Shown piece by piece: positions 30,514-41,784 of a DNA stretch of 64,000 bases (its first letter is position 1; the number at the start of each line of letters is the position of its first letter). The DNA is from a virus (Duplodnaviria > Caudoviricetes). The position numbers and the translations under genes are program-made. Under the pieces are notes generated by a model that was not told the DNA's origin, ran no database searches, and saw only the letters and a program-made list of their open reading frames with translations. Location: IMG/VR virus record IMGVR_UViG_3300037067_006949, positions 61,427 to 125,426 of that record; one strand, 5' to 3'.

Positions 30514-33500
30514 TATAGCATCTCCACCTGTACCAAACTAGGATTAAAGAAAATTTTATTGCTTGCAATTGCAACTCCTAAAATTTGAGCCACAACATTA
30601 GTTCCAGTTGGAACACTTTGTGTCATGCTTCCTCCAGTTCCTAGATATATAAGTCCGCCAACCGCCCAAGACCACGAACTACTTGTGGCAATTCCGTATA
30701 ATAAGAAGTGATTATTTCCCGCATACATGACAAGGCAATTAGAGGATGCTATTGCCGTATTGCTGGCAGGATAAACCACTCCAGACGAAGCCACTCTTCC
30801 AACCGCTCCGAAGGAAAACGCTCCCGATGAGGAAAAATTATATTCAACTCCGCTTACATCCCCAGCAGCCGGATTAGATAAAATCCACGCATTTCCAAGC
30901 ATTCCGGCAGAAGAGCCTGACACAGTAGTACCCGTTAAAATGCCATTGGTAAATTTCAACGCTCCAGAACCAATTGGGAATGTTCCACTCGCACCCTTTT
31001 CTCCAGCAGAATAAACATAACCATTAAGATTGATCTTTGTAGAACCATAGGTTGCCGTATTGCCAATGGTTACTTGATTTTGGTGATAAAGAAGAGCAGA
31101 ATTTCTACTAATGGTAAGGGTACCAGACATTCCAGCTACAGATAGGCTAAATGCGCTATCTACACCAATCGTTGAAACTCCAGTTGCACTTTCGTACATT
31201 CTCGAATGCGCCCAATAAATATTGCTTCCAACTAGATTGATCCCCCTGATTGTTCCAGCATTTATAGTGTCTGCATTGATATTTTTTAAGTGGCTTCCAT
31301 CAAGCAAGCCGAGAAGATTGTCCGCATAGAAGTTTCCACTAAAAACAGCAGTATCGCCATCTATCCACAATCTCCCCAATTGAACTTTTCCATCGCTTCT
31401 GATGTAATTGCCATGGTCGTCAAATAATCCATTTGGATTTATATGCCATCCACCAATGTCTCCAGAAGAAGCGTTGATCTGACCAGAAAATGTTCCAGAT
31501 GCACCAGATATGTTTCCGGCAAAAATCAAATTACCGTTCGTATCAATGTAAAGCTGATTGGCAAAACTTCCAGAAGAAGCTCTTTTTTGGATGACTATAC
31601 CCACATTTGGGTCTAAAATTATCTTGCTATTCCCGTCGCTCTTCGTCAAAGTAAAGCTTGCATCATACAGCGTTGCACCAGCACCATCAACAATAAAAGT
31701 ATTGTTTTGGTTGCTGATAAGAAGTTGATTGCTGGCAATCAAGTTACCAACGATTACTTCTGCAACCAGTCCATAATATGATCCGCTACTCGTACTGATC
31801 TGACCAAGAGCCAGTCTAGATGTTTCAAATCCATCATCAGAAAACGCCAGAACACCATTGTTCATCCATAGTTGGTTAGGGCTGAATGAATTTGTTCCGG
31901 TGGACTGTCTTACTCGAATGCCGTTCTGGTTGATCAAAATATTTTGTCCAGAGCCACTAACAATATTGTTAGTAGCGGCGTCCAATGCAGAAGTGATAAA
32001 AGATGAAACAACATCTTTGTAGTTATTTCCCCAACTCGACCATTGCTCAGAATTGAAGCTGGTAGAAATAGCTGATTGAGCCATCTGATCAAACAAATCA
32101 GAAAGTATATAACTGCTATTATCTAACCGCAATCTGTTTCCAAATATCAATGAAAAATCCGTTGGATCGTCATAGTTTAGGTCAAATCCTAACAAAACCG
32201 GATAGGATAACGTGCCATCTCCTAGTTCAAGCGTAACCACAGCCCCAAGAACAAGTTGATCAATAAACGGCTTGAAAACTTCGGTAAATATAAAGTTAGC
32301 AGATTCAACCGTAAATTCATATCTCGGTTGTGATATTTTTGCAAGAACATCTACAGCTTGATCATAAAGAGATTGCGCCTGAGCCTGTATTTCTACTACG
32401 CTCATGATGTCTGTTTGGATAAAGTTTTCATTATTGTAAGTTGATCCTATAACAAACGGAGACAACTCAATTAATTGAACTTGCGTAAAATTCGTAGTAA
32501 ATGATAAATCCGTATTTATCGCGGTCAATTGCGCGGTTACTGAAACAATTGTTGCTTCTAATGCTGTAATTTCAACATTTTTTGCATCAATCAATCCTTG
32601 CTGTGCCTCCAATTGAATATTTATATCTGAGAAACTCAATCCCTGTTGGATACGTACCGACTTCACACCCTCCAAAGAATCAAAAGTCGTTTGCAGTTCA
32701 ACGAGTTCAGCTTCTTTCGTAATCAAATATGCATTATCATTTTGTAAATCTGTAAGTAAAGAAGCGTAAGAAGCTTGGCTTGCAACCACCTTATTTTCCC
32801 AAATTGTAATTGCATCTACAAGACCTTGAGACATCCAATTGGTGGATTTAAAATGTGAAAAATTATATATTGTATTCGTGCCCAAAGGATTGACTTGATT
32901 TATGCTTAAATTTCCGCCACCATATACCGTCAAAGCGGTGATAAGCTCGTCCGTTTTTTCCTTGATCTTGATGTTCTCAATAAGGTTATCGTAGCTCAAA
33001 TAGATATCGGTGTTTGTCGTAGCGCCTTCTGTCGTATAAGCCGATATTGTTTTATTTATAGTGTCAAAATCGAAAACACATTGGTAGGTCGTTTCAACTG
33101 TCTGCATCAAGAAATTGTAGATAGTAGAGTCGCTCTCATCAAAAGTTCTATATAACATCAATAAGGGCGCATCTATATGACCAACAGACCACCCAGGCAA
33201 ATATGTTAATATCGTTCCTATTAGCGTTGTCGAAGGGTTGAATAAATCATAAAACTTATAAGTACCTTTAAATCCAGTTATCTTCTTTGTTACCAATTCT
33301 ACTTCTAATGATTCCGCAGTAATTGTCTTTGTTTCGGCAATTCCGTTACCTTCTCTTTCAGGTTCGGTTATCATGAAGTATCCCAAACCTTCCAAATAAA
33401 TTAGGCGTCGATATTCTAGGTAGTCATAATATTCTACTTTTTCACCATCTATATATGCGTCTGCAACGAAAGAAATTGATCCCAAACTGTTATATCTTGG

Positions 33501-33614
33501 CATAAACTTTCTATCACGTATACGCCCAAGCGAATACAGTTGTGTCTTGTCTGGATTACAAAGAATAAAGCTAGGAGGTTCATATAACCCAAAACTATCA
33601 AAATCTTGATTCAT
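30513..33614 (-). CDS. Tail tip/baseplate hub (Tal-like) protein with coiled coil and fibre-like C-terminus
   Basis: Follows Dit; N-terminal prophage-tail domain (T.L.VYGGG.LSI..VNP.G), central coiled coil, beta-rich C-terminus. Confidence 0.78.
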   Translation of the reverse strand: MNQDFDSFGLYEPPSFILCNPDKTQLYSLGRIRDRKFMPRYNSLGSISFVADAYIDGEKVEYYDYLEYRRLIYLEGLGYFMITEPEREGNGIAETKTITAESLEVELVTKKITGFKGTYKFYDLFNPSTTLIGTILTYLPGWSVGHIDAPLLMLYRTFDESDSTIYNFLMQTVETTYQCVFDFDTINKTISAYTTEGATTNTDIYLSYDNLIENIKIKEKTDELITALTVYGGGNLSINQVNPLGTNTIYNFSHFKSTNWMSQGLVDAITIWENKVVASQASYASLLTDLQNDNAYLITKEAELVELQTTFDSLEGVKSVRIQQGLSFSDINIQLEAQQGLIDAKNVEITALEATIVSVTAQLTAINTDLSFTTNFTQVQLIELSPFVIGSTYNNENFIQTDIMSVVEIQAQAQSLYDQAVDVLAKISQPRYEFTVESANFIFTEVFKPFIDQLVLGAVVTLELGDGTLSYPVLLGFDLNYDDPTDFSLIFGNRLRLDNSSYILSDLFDQMAQSAISTSFNSEQWSSWGNNYKDVVSSFITSALDAATNNIVSGSGQNILINQNGIRVRQSTGTNSFSPNQLWMNNGVLAFSDDGFETSRLALGQISTSSGSYYGLVAEVIVGNLIASNQLLISNQNNTFIVDGAGATLYDASFTLTKSDGNSKIILDPNVGIVIQKRASSGSFANQLYIDTNGNLIFAGNISGASGTFSGQINASSGDIGGWHINPNGLFDDHGNYIRSDGKVQLGRLWIDGDTAVFSGNFYADNLLGLLDGSHLKNINADTINAGTIRGINLVGSNIYWAHSRMYESATGVSTIGVDSAFSLSVAGMSGTLTISRNSALLYHQNQVTIGNTATYGSTKINLNGYVYSAGEKGASGTFPIGSGALKFTNGILTGTTVSGSSAGMLGNAWILSNPAAGDVSGVEYNFSSSGAFSFGAVGRVASSGVVYPASNTAIASSNCLVMYAGNNHFLLYGIATSSSWSWAVGGLIYLGTGGSMTQSVPTGTNVVAQILGVAIASNKIFFNPSLVQVEML

Positions 33615-33625
33615 AAAACCTCCTT

Positions 33626-34435
33626 TTATCCGCCTATTTTTCTAGCAAATTGATATGTCATCTTAAATGAATATAATCCACCAGCCAAAGTTAGCGAATT
33701 CAAACCAGGCAAAAGCCTGAACCATTTTTTATTAAATGCTCCCAATCGGTTTCCTCCATCAGAAACAATTGATTGAGTATAGTTGTTTACAGTTACCGTC
33801 TCACCAGAAGTAAGAGGCGTGGTTGCAGAGCCAGAAAATATGAAGGCTCGTTCACCATCTGTATGATTTGTCAATGAAATGCTGTTGCCTATATTATTTG
33901 TCTTAAATTCTATTGTAGGATACAGATAATCAGAATCGTCCGAGTTGTTATCAAAAGTAAAGTTTAAATTTTGAATTACGCCATCTGAAAATGTGTAAGA
34001 CAACGATTTTTCTTCTGTAAATCCATAAGGAGCGTCACATTGAGCATGTAACGTCACCCCTCTTTGTATGTTGCCCACATATTTGTTTTCAGCAGAAATG
34101 AACATAACATTGAAATATACATCTCCAATATCATCTTGGCATATTCTTAATGGCAAATATGTATTTCTTCCCAATAACCATTTTGATATAAACGATCTAT
34201 CAACACCAGTAATGGAGTCGATACCTCCTATAGTTAAATCAAAAGTCAAGGGGGTATTCATGCTTTTGCCATAAAAATATGGTTTTTGCTTTCGATACAA
34301 CCATGTTTGGTAAACAGTCGATTCACTTCCAGCAGGAGAATCTTCTGCTCCTCCAGTTTGTTCAAAGTTTAATATTCTAAGGTTATAAGATTCACTTGTA
34401 ACATTATCGAATATAAAATAATCTCCATAAAACAT
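33626..34435 (-). CDS. Distal tail protein (Dit-like)
   Basis: Directly downstream of the tape measure gene; CDAPYG, YPTIEF, WFRLLPGLNSL. Confidence 0.8.
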   Translation of the reverse strand: MFYGDYFIFDNVTSESYNLRILNFEQTGGAEDSPAGSESTVYQTWLYRKQKPYFYGKSMNTPLTFDLTIGGIDSITGVDRSFISKWLLGRNTYLPLRICQDDIGDVYFNVMFISAENKYVGNIQRGVTLHAQCDAPYGFTEEKSLSYTFSDGVIQNLNFTFDNNSDDSDYLYPTIEFKTNNIGNSISLTNHTDGERAFIFSGSATTPLTSGETVTVNNYTQSIVSDGGNRLGAFNKKWFRLLPGLNSLTLAGGLYSFKMTYQFARKIGG

Positions 34436-34466
34436 GTATTTACCTCCTTTCAGATTGCATTACAAC

Positions 34467-34498
34467 ATCGTGGCGAGAAAAGTTTCTCTCGCCACGAT
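34467..34498. terminator. Intergenic hairpin (terminator or processing stem)
   Basis: 12-bp stem ATCGTGGCGAGA/TCTCGCCACGAT between the tape measure and Dit genes; no clear U-tract. Confidence 0.45.
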
Positions 34499-34509
34499 AT
34501 CCAAAGTTA

Positions 34510-37500
34510 TTATAAACTATACGAATTCGCATTCTTCTGATTTCCCCTCAACTTCATCGCCTTGTAAACCGTTGTCAATATTACCTCTTTCAATTCTGGC
34601 AATACTGTTTTATCAAGGTTTCCAGCAACATTGAAGTTCATCTCTACGTTAGGAATGCTGTTGCTTCCTGCAAAGTTGGCAATCAAATTTGGCAAAGTTG
34701 TGTTTACAAACATTTTCATTTGTCCTTCATTTGCGACAACTTCTCCCTTTAGCAATTTCGCATATTGCTCAGCCTCTTTTATTTTTGGCAATCCACCAAC
34801 AATACCGCCAGAATGATGAGTCTGAACGGCATTCATCAGATCGTATCTGTCAATCTTTGAAGTGGTTGCGGCAGTAGACGATATCCCAGAAGATAGCGCA
34901 TCCATCTTGTCATATTTTGATGCAGGTGCATCCACTCCACCATAATTAGAAGGAAGAGGCGAAGAAACTGCTTTTGGAACATAGCTACCCCCACCACCAC
35001 CATATGAAGAGGCAACCGCATTTTGTGCGTCTCTCATCTTCCATAGTTTGGCTATGGTTGCGTCTACACCATCCCCATATTGACGATTCCATTCCAATAA
35101 AGCCTGATAGAAACTTTCGCTTCCAGCAGACAATAAAGCCATGGCATCTTGTGTAACTTGACCAGTATGAGCAAGATATTCATCAATTGCTTTTGTCTTG
35201 GCGTCTATCATTTCTTTGTATCTATTGTATTCTTCATCCAAGGCATCAGTTTGGGTTTCTAACGAATGATCAGCTTGAGTTTTGTCAATATCTTCAACCG
35301 CTTTTGCACGATCAGCCTCAAGTTCCAGTCTGCGACGTTTACCCTCTTCGCTATTATCGAATTGAAGTTGAAGTAATTCATTTTCGATATCGCTCAGAGT
35401 TTTATTCTTACTTGCAAGTTCATCCTGATAATCGGCTTCATCATGCGCGAGTTGTAATGATTTCTTACGTGCATCTATTATTTTCTTATAACCGTCAAGT
35501 TGATCTTTAAGAGAATCTTTCTCATCTTCTTTTTGTTGTCTAATCATTTTTATGGTTAGCTCAAGAAGATCATTGTACGCCTGTTGAGCATCACTAAGTT
35601 TATTGGTTGAACCAGCAGCACTAGACGTGGCACTTGCCATGGCGTTAGTCCAATATGTGCCATCTTTCATTTGACCCAAATAGGTCTGCATTACTTTTAT
35701 TCCGGCATCATTGGTTTTTAACTGAGCTTGCGAATTGGTCAATATTGCTTTTGACGCTGCTATTTGATTATTAGCGCTATTTATCGCGGCAATTGCAGCC
35801 TGACCATAAGCACCTTCTAGAAATCTTAAGGCCTGAATTTTAGCATTGGTTGTGCTGATAACCGTATTTGCAGAAGAAATATTTGCTTGAGCTTCTTGAA
35901 TAGTTGCGTTCAACGTAGTCGAAACTTGTTGTGCCTTAGCAATAGCCTCTTCCATTCTTGCTATTGTAAGCTGTTTCAATACATCTGTATTTAATCTTAT
36001 CTGACCATTTTCAATGGATAATGCTTCCGTATATTTATCTGGAAACATTGCTTTAAGTTGTTCAACCTGTTGCATTGATACTTCGCCAGATTTTTCATAA
36101 GCCGTCATCAAACCGACTACTTCATCAGCAAGAGATGAAATTTCCGCTTTAGCATCATTTGCTGCTTTTGATAATGCTTCTAAATCTCCAATAGCCGCTT
36201 TGTCACCAGCTTTTGGAGCAGGAATATCAGACATCGCTTGTAGTATGTGTTGTTGACCCTCATATTCAATTTTCAAGTTCTGAGCAGCAGCGACCTGATC
36301 AGCCATTTTGTTGTACTCTTCCGTAAGAGTCTCAACCATTTGCTTTGCGCCAGCGCCAGTTTTAGTCTGGTATTCAGATATCTTCTCTGCCAGATCAACC
36401 ATACGTTCTTGTGGAGTCAAATCCTCTTTTCCGGCATATCCGCCAGTAGAAGACATCGTAGCATAACCCGTCTTTTGTGACAAATATCCAGACGCTTGTT
36501 GATATCTTATTTTATTTTGTTCTATAAAGATGGTGGCTTGAGCTTCCGCTTGTTTCTTTATCCATTCTACATTTGTAGCAATGGCATCACTGTTACCAGA
36601 TATAGCATCAGTATAAAGATTTATTCCATCTTTAGATGCACCATATTTTGTTACCAAAATAGATTGTATATCAAGCAATCTTAAAGTATCTTCTGCCGAT
36701 TTTTCTTGCTTGGACGCCAATGTTTCATATTCGTCCGCAAGACTCTTTAATTCTGATTGATTGGAAGCTGTTATTTCTTGACTTTTCTTAAAAGAATCAT
36801 ATAAGTCCATCATTGATTCTTTAAATTTTCCAATCTTAATAATTCCAATTATAAGCGTGGCTATAATAATACTTATTCCAGCCGTTGCTACTCCCATAGC
36901 TAATGACATTCCGGCGGCGGCTGTTCCAGCCGTTACCTCGGCAGCAGTAACAAGACCCAAAGATGTAGAAAGACCAAACAGAGAGGATGCGTAGGATGCT
37001 ATATTTGCGATTAATACCGGAATAGAATTTATAAGTCCTTGAATCGAGATTGCTAATGATTGAGCATTAATAGTAATCATAAGTCCAATAATAACTTCAA
37101 GGACAGGAACTAAACCACCCATTTTGTTTATTAAATCTAAAATACTTGTTCCAAAATTTACAATGCCCTTAAGATCTCCAGACATTATAGTTTTAGTCCA
37201 CATTTCTTGCCATGTCGCTTTAAATTCATTTACAGCAGATTCAATACTCTGCATGTAAATTTTATATCTATCTGATGCTAAACCAGCGCTATTTGTTGCA
37301 ATATCTTGAGCCTTACCAACTTGCTCCCACCCATCAAAAAGCGCCGACAGCATATTAATTTGGCGAACCCAAAAACTGTTGCTTTCATTTATCTTAAAGA
37401 TAAATTACTGACCACATTAAAAATGTGGCGATTAGGGATTTCTTCCTAATTCTACGATTTGTTTTACTTCCGCTAGTAGTCGTAGAGCAGACTGTATATT

Positions 37501-40500
37501 AATCTTAATATTATATTAAGACTTGCAACTTAAGAATTATAGTTACCTATAAATCCTGGCAGTCGTTAGAGATACTTATTAATAAAATATTCGAAAACAT
37601 CTGGAAGTTTTCTCATATCCTTTCTTACTAATTCTATCATTTTTAAATTATTATCTTGACATATACTTTGCTTAATTTTAACATTTCCAACATATTCTCT
37701 CACATCTGGATATCCCCAATATTCGACGACATATTCATTATCCAAAAACCAATCCATTCTCTTTAAGCCGCATCTAGTATCATCACACACTTTTTTGTAA
37801 TGTTTTTCTTTATTATATGGTATATTATGTTCTATAAAAAAATTAGTAATCACTAATTCGGAATGAGAATAACAAACATCATTATTTTTAGAATAATATA
37901 ATTTAGCACTTCCAAAAAGAGAAATATTGATTTCTAAACCAGCAAGATCACATGCCTTTCTATATCCTCCAAAATACCTTTCATAAGATTTATCAGAAGG
38001 AAGTCCATAAAAAACAAGTTCATCTATAGAAGGCGTTCTATTGAGTCTTTGTCCCAGGTTAGATAAATCTTGTATCATTTTATCTGGAACAAAAGTTTTA
38101 TTATTTTGCAAATCGTTTTTCTTTAAATTAAGCTTTGACCCCATTAAATTGATAGAGGCGGTATTTCTATTGGGAAAAAATACGTCGCTCAAATATTTAT
38201 TGGGATAATATGGATATTTTTCTTTCAATATCCTTAACTCTTCTTCCGACCAATAATGATCTGTACATTCTAATCCTAGCTTAGTCGCCCTATGTTGTAA
38301 GGAATACTTTGTCAAATTAGGAATTCTAAAAAATATTTCTTCCCAATTAGAATTGGAATAGTATTTTTTAACAATTTCATCATATTCATCTGTCCATATA
38401 ACCCTTTTATGCAATCCTAAACCAGATGCTTTTCCTTGAATACTAGATTTATTTGTAGTCCCCAATACATTAAATAAAAAATCAAAATCTTTTTCCACAT
38501 AATATTTTTTTAATATTTCTATTTTTTCATCTGTCCATTTAAAATTTCCTATTCCTAAAGATTTGGCAACTTCATAAACAGTCCAGACAGACTTGTTTAT
38601 ATGTATGGCAATTTCTTTTGTAGGAATTTTTAAATAATTATTTTTTACAAATTCAACATCTTCTTCTGATATCACTTATTTATTCCTCAACCTTTTTTTA
38701 TTTCCAGATTTTTATTGCTTTTTTATTAATAAGTCTTTCTTCGGTCTCACCCTTGCGATGGGCTTTAACCGATATAGTTGCATTCTAGTAATATTTTAGT
38801 ATACCACAATATTGCAATTTCGTCAAGTGGTAAAACCTGTGCGTTACCCGTATGTTACCATACGTTCTGGCATTCTTTGTTTACCAGCAATCGCACCAAC
38901 AATTTGTTGCTGAGCCACCGTATTTCCGGCAGCCCCAAGTTCTTTATATTTTACGGCAACATCTTGTAATACCGCAGACATATCTCTGAAAGTATCGTTG
39001 TCTTCTCTTAATTTTATTCCATTTGATAATAATACCTTCTCAACATTATTGAGCGACTCACCTTCGGCATCAATGTCGCTGCCCGCTTTGACCTGTTCCA
39101 TTCTGGCAAAAATTGTTTTTCATATTTGTTACTCTTATTTGTGGATTAATACAAATAAGGAGGTCACTTCTTCTCTAAGGTGTCTTTACACCTGAGCAAC
39201 CTTCACGCATTTTATTTTAGGCTATAGTGCGTGATCAGACTGTTCCACATCCATCATAAATGGATTTCTCTTGTTCCAGTCGTTAACGGTGAAATATAAT
39301 TATAATTCTGCATGAGGAATTAAAATATTGTCATTTAATTTTAATTCTCCATTATTTATTTCATAATTCATAGAATGATAATTATCAAGAATCCCATTAT
39401 TCTTAATATATTCTAGAATTAATTTTTTGCATATTTCAAAACTATTATTAATATCATATTCCCACAAATATAATATCTTATAATTTTTGCTTAATATGTA
39501 TTCCCTCTTTCTTTTTTCTTTCAAAACGCCGTCACATCTATCTTTTCCTTTGGGAGAAGAATAAAAGCGAATATCAGAATGCCAATATGTACCATTAATT
39601 TCTATAACTAAATTTGTATTTTTAAAATGAATATCCGCCCAATATCTTCCTATTCTGTGTTCATTTTCAACTAAAAATTTTTCATTTTCTGAAAAATCAA
39701 ATACTTTTCTGTGAGGCGAAGTCATTGATGTCATGACATCTCTCATCATACATTTTCTGCAACAATACTTAACGGAATTTGATTTTATTTCATATGGTTT
39801 TCTAATTATTTCTTTTCCGCAAACTTTACAATTTATAATTCTTTCAATGTCCGAAATATTGTGATTATAACTAGGAGAATTCTTTCCCGATCTTGTTTCA
39901 CTTTGCCATAAACTTTGACATGCCATCGAACAAAATCTTAAAGTTTCGCCCTTTTTACAAACAAATTCTTCTCCACAATGTTCACAATTCCTAATATCGT
40001 TTGCTTGATTTTCTCTAAAAGAAGATTCGCATTCGACACAACAAAAATATGTTTCTTGCTTTAAATGTCTCAATCTGTCAATTTCTTCTCCACAATTTGA
40101 ACATAATACTTTTTTGGTGGGAGAATGTTCTGTGTTATACTTTACCTTGCATTCCTTGCAACAAAAGAAATTTCTCTTATGAATTTGCTCAAATTCTTTA
40201 CCGCATTTTTTGCAATTATACTTTATTCCTATACCAACCTTATTCTTATAAAAACCCATACATTCTAAACTACAAAAATGGTTTTCATTTTTGCTAGGCT
40301 TATCAGAAGAAATTCTGATAAATTCTTTTCCACAATTATTACATGTAAGATTATATTCGTGTTTTATTGGATTTTTTATAAAATAATTTTTTCTACAATC
40401 ATTACAACAAAAAATTTTAAGTTGATTGTTAGTTATAAATTCTTTTTCACAATTTTTACAATTCTTTGTATATTCTGTCTTTTTATTTTCTAGAAAATAA

Positions 40501-41758
40501 TACGACTTACAATTTGAAGAGCAATATATTTTATTTTTATTAGTCGTCTTGAATTCTTTTTTGCAATATTTACATTTTTTTATAATTTCTTCCATTATAA
40601 TTCCTTTTTGTTTTTTATAATTATATTTCTTCCGCTTCGTTGCCCCGCCTATGGGGTTTTCGAAACATCCTCCTTATGGGAAAGAGGAATCATTAAAGAG
40701 AATTTACATTGTGGATTATTGATTATACCACAATGCCCCAAATTTGTCAATATTAAATGAAATATTCATTATTATAGACAAATGTAATTTAATAGGGCTT
40801 GTCCAATAGTTTCACCAGATTGCCTAGTAGTGGCTGAAATCACCGTAATATACGATGCCAAATCTTTGTAACTTACACCAGCAAGTTTTGCCATACTAGC
40901 AGATTTCTGCATTGCGGAGGCGATTTCAGACGTGCTGGTGGCGAAAGAATTATCGAGGCCGATCAACGTATCCACAACTTGAATCGAATCTTTTGCACTA
41001 ATATTATAAGCATTTGTTACCGCGATTAATTTATCCGTAGCATCTGCCGCTTCCAAGTTACCTAATTTACTCATCATGGTACTTGATCTTAGAAGTTCCA
41101 TGGTGTCAGCCGCATTCTTGCCCTGCCGAATCCATTCTCCAGCCCCCTCAGCTACGGCGAGCGTATCGACTCCCAATTCACGCGCCATAGAATTAAATTC
41201 AGTTACCATTCCATTCAATTGTTCGGCGGTTTGACCAGTCACCATACCAATATTAGTCATAGCCTTATTTAAATCTTCAACGTACTGTATGCCTTCTCTT
41301 ACTTGTTGCAATGTACCAATGATAAGAGATGTAGCAATCATCCACTCTAAAACTTTTTTAGCGTCTTTCATTAAGGTCGTGCTAAAATTATCTACACTAG
41401 TGGTTGTGCTCCTAAAAGATTCGTTCACCGCAGAAACTTGATTTTTAAGTTGCCCTATGGCAACTCTAGCTTCTCCCGTAGCTTTTCTACTTCCATCAAG
41501 GTTGGTTATAAGTCCTTGAACATGTTCGCCCATCTTAACTATTTCTGGATTTTTGAATGCATCAGCATTCTTTATTTTTATTCCATCCAGTTGATTTTGT
41601 AGCGTTCCCATAGTGGTTTTTAATTGATCTCCACCACTAATGGTTGCTCTTATATTAACAGTTTTGTTTTTTACCGCATTGTTAATTTGCGCTTGTACGC
41701 CGGACGTATCTATAAGCGCTTTAATAATTACACTATAACTGCTTGAACCATCAGTCAT
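34510..41758 (-). CDS. Tape measure protein in three exons (41758-40794, 39120-38883, 37368-34510), 1353 aa after splicing
   Basis: TP901-type core; the joins restore GETIGQAL/KTIFARME and GAIAG/VRQINMLSAL in frame; exon lengths sum to 4062 nt = 1354 codons. Confidence 0.9.
37566..38675 (-). CDS. Intron-encoded putative homing endonuclease
   Basis: Repeated W[TS]xE helical units, an endonuclease-associated repeat (RTPS...YERYFGG), C-terminal PD-(D/E)XK-like SELVI...RMDW...VEYWG; its stop codon abuts P7. Confidence 0.75.
   Translation of the reverse strand: MISEEDVEFVKNNYLKIPTKEIAIHINKSVWTVYEVAKSLGIGNFKWTDEKIEILKKYYVEKDFDFLFNVLGTTNKSSIQGKASGLGLHKRVIWTDEYDEIVKKYYSNSNWEEIFFRIPNLTKYSLQHRATKLGLECTDHYWSEEELRILKEKYPYYPNKYLSDVFFPNRNTASINLMGSKLNLKKNDLQNNKTFVPDKMIQDLSNLGQRLNRTPSIDELVFYGLPSDKSYERYFGGYRKACDLAGLEINISLFGSAKLYYSKNNDVCYSHSELVITNFFIEHNIPYNKEKHYKKVCDDTRCGLKRMDWFLDNEYVVEYWGYPDVREYVGNVKIKQSICQDNNLKMIELVRKDMRKLPDVFEYFINKYL
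38798..38826 (-). promoter_or_regulatory. Sigma70-type promoter inside intron 2
   Basis: TTGACG, 17 nt spacer ending TGTGG, TATACT. Confidence 0.7.
39300..40595 (-). CDS. Intron-encoded endonuclease with seven Cys4 zinc-finger repeats and a Vsr/DUF559-like nuclease domain
   Basis: Seven CxxC...[FY]CxxxC units; EHRIGRYWADI...VIEINGTYWHSD...LYLWEYD. Confidence 0.8.
   Translation of the reverse strand: MEEIIKKCKYCKKEFKTTNKNKIYCSSNCKSYYFLENKKTEYTKNCKNCEKEFITNNQLKIFCCNDCRKNYFIKNPIKHEYNLTCNNCGKEFIRISSDKPSKNENHFCSLECMGFYKNKVGIGIKYNCKKCGKEFEQIHKRNFFCCKECKVKYNTEHSPTKKVLCSNCGEEIDRLRHLKQETYFCCVECESSFRENQANDIRNCEHCGEEFVCKKGETLRFCSMACQSLWQSETRSGKNSPSYNHNISDIERIINCKVCGKEIIRKPYEIKSNSVKYCCRKCMMRDVMTSMTSPHRKVFDFSENEKFLVENEHRIGRYWADIHFKNTNLVIEINGTYWHSDIRFYSSPKGKDRCDGVLKEKRKREYILSKNYKILYLWEYDINNSFEICKKLILEYIKNNGILDNYHSMNYEINNGELKLNDNILIPHAEL
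40722..40750 (-). promoter_or_regulatory. Perfect-consensus sigma70 promoter inside intron 1
   Basis: TTGACA, 17 nt spacer (contains the IGS GGGGC, ends TGTGG), TATAAT. Confidence 0.8.
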
Positions 41759-41784
41759 ATTACGTTACCTCCTATTCATAGGAA

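Larger units (their letters stand above)
37369..38882 (-). mobile_element. Group I intron 2 in the tape measure gene (1514 nt, IA-like)
   Basis: P1 CUGGU/GCCAG with a U-G pair at the 5' splice site; P10 GAAU/GUUC; P3 UGCAACU/AGUUGCA; P4 UCGGU/ACCGA; P7 GACUG/CAGUC; terminal G at 37369. Confidence 0.92.
39121..40793 (-). mobile_element. Group I intron 1 in the tape measure gene (1673 nt)
   Basis: P1 GCCCU/GGGGC with a U-G pair; P2 CAUUGUGG/CCACAAUG; P3 UUCUCUU/AAGAGAA; P4 GUUUCG/CGAAGC; P7 GACUG/CAGUC; P8 AUCCAU/AUGGAU; terminal G at 39121. Confidence 0.92.

Noticed and set aside
25706-33614. Diversity-generating retroelement acting on tail fibres
   Set aside because: No reverse transcriptase and no template/variable repeat pair seen in the window.
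38844-39101. 85-aa ORF as a stand-alone gene, or the tape measure gene as a pseudogene
   Set aside because: It is the middle exon (39120-38883) read on into intron 2; splicing restores one continuous frame.
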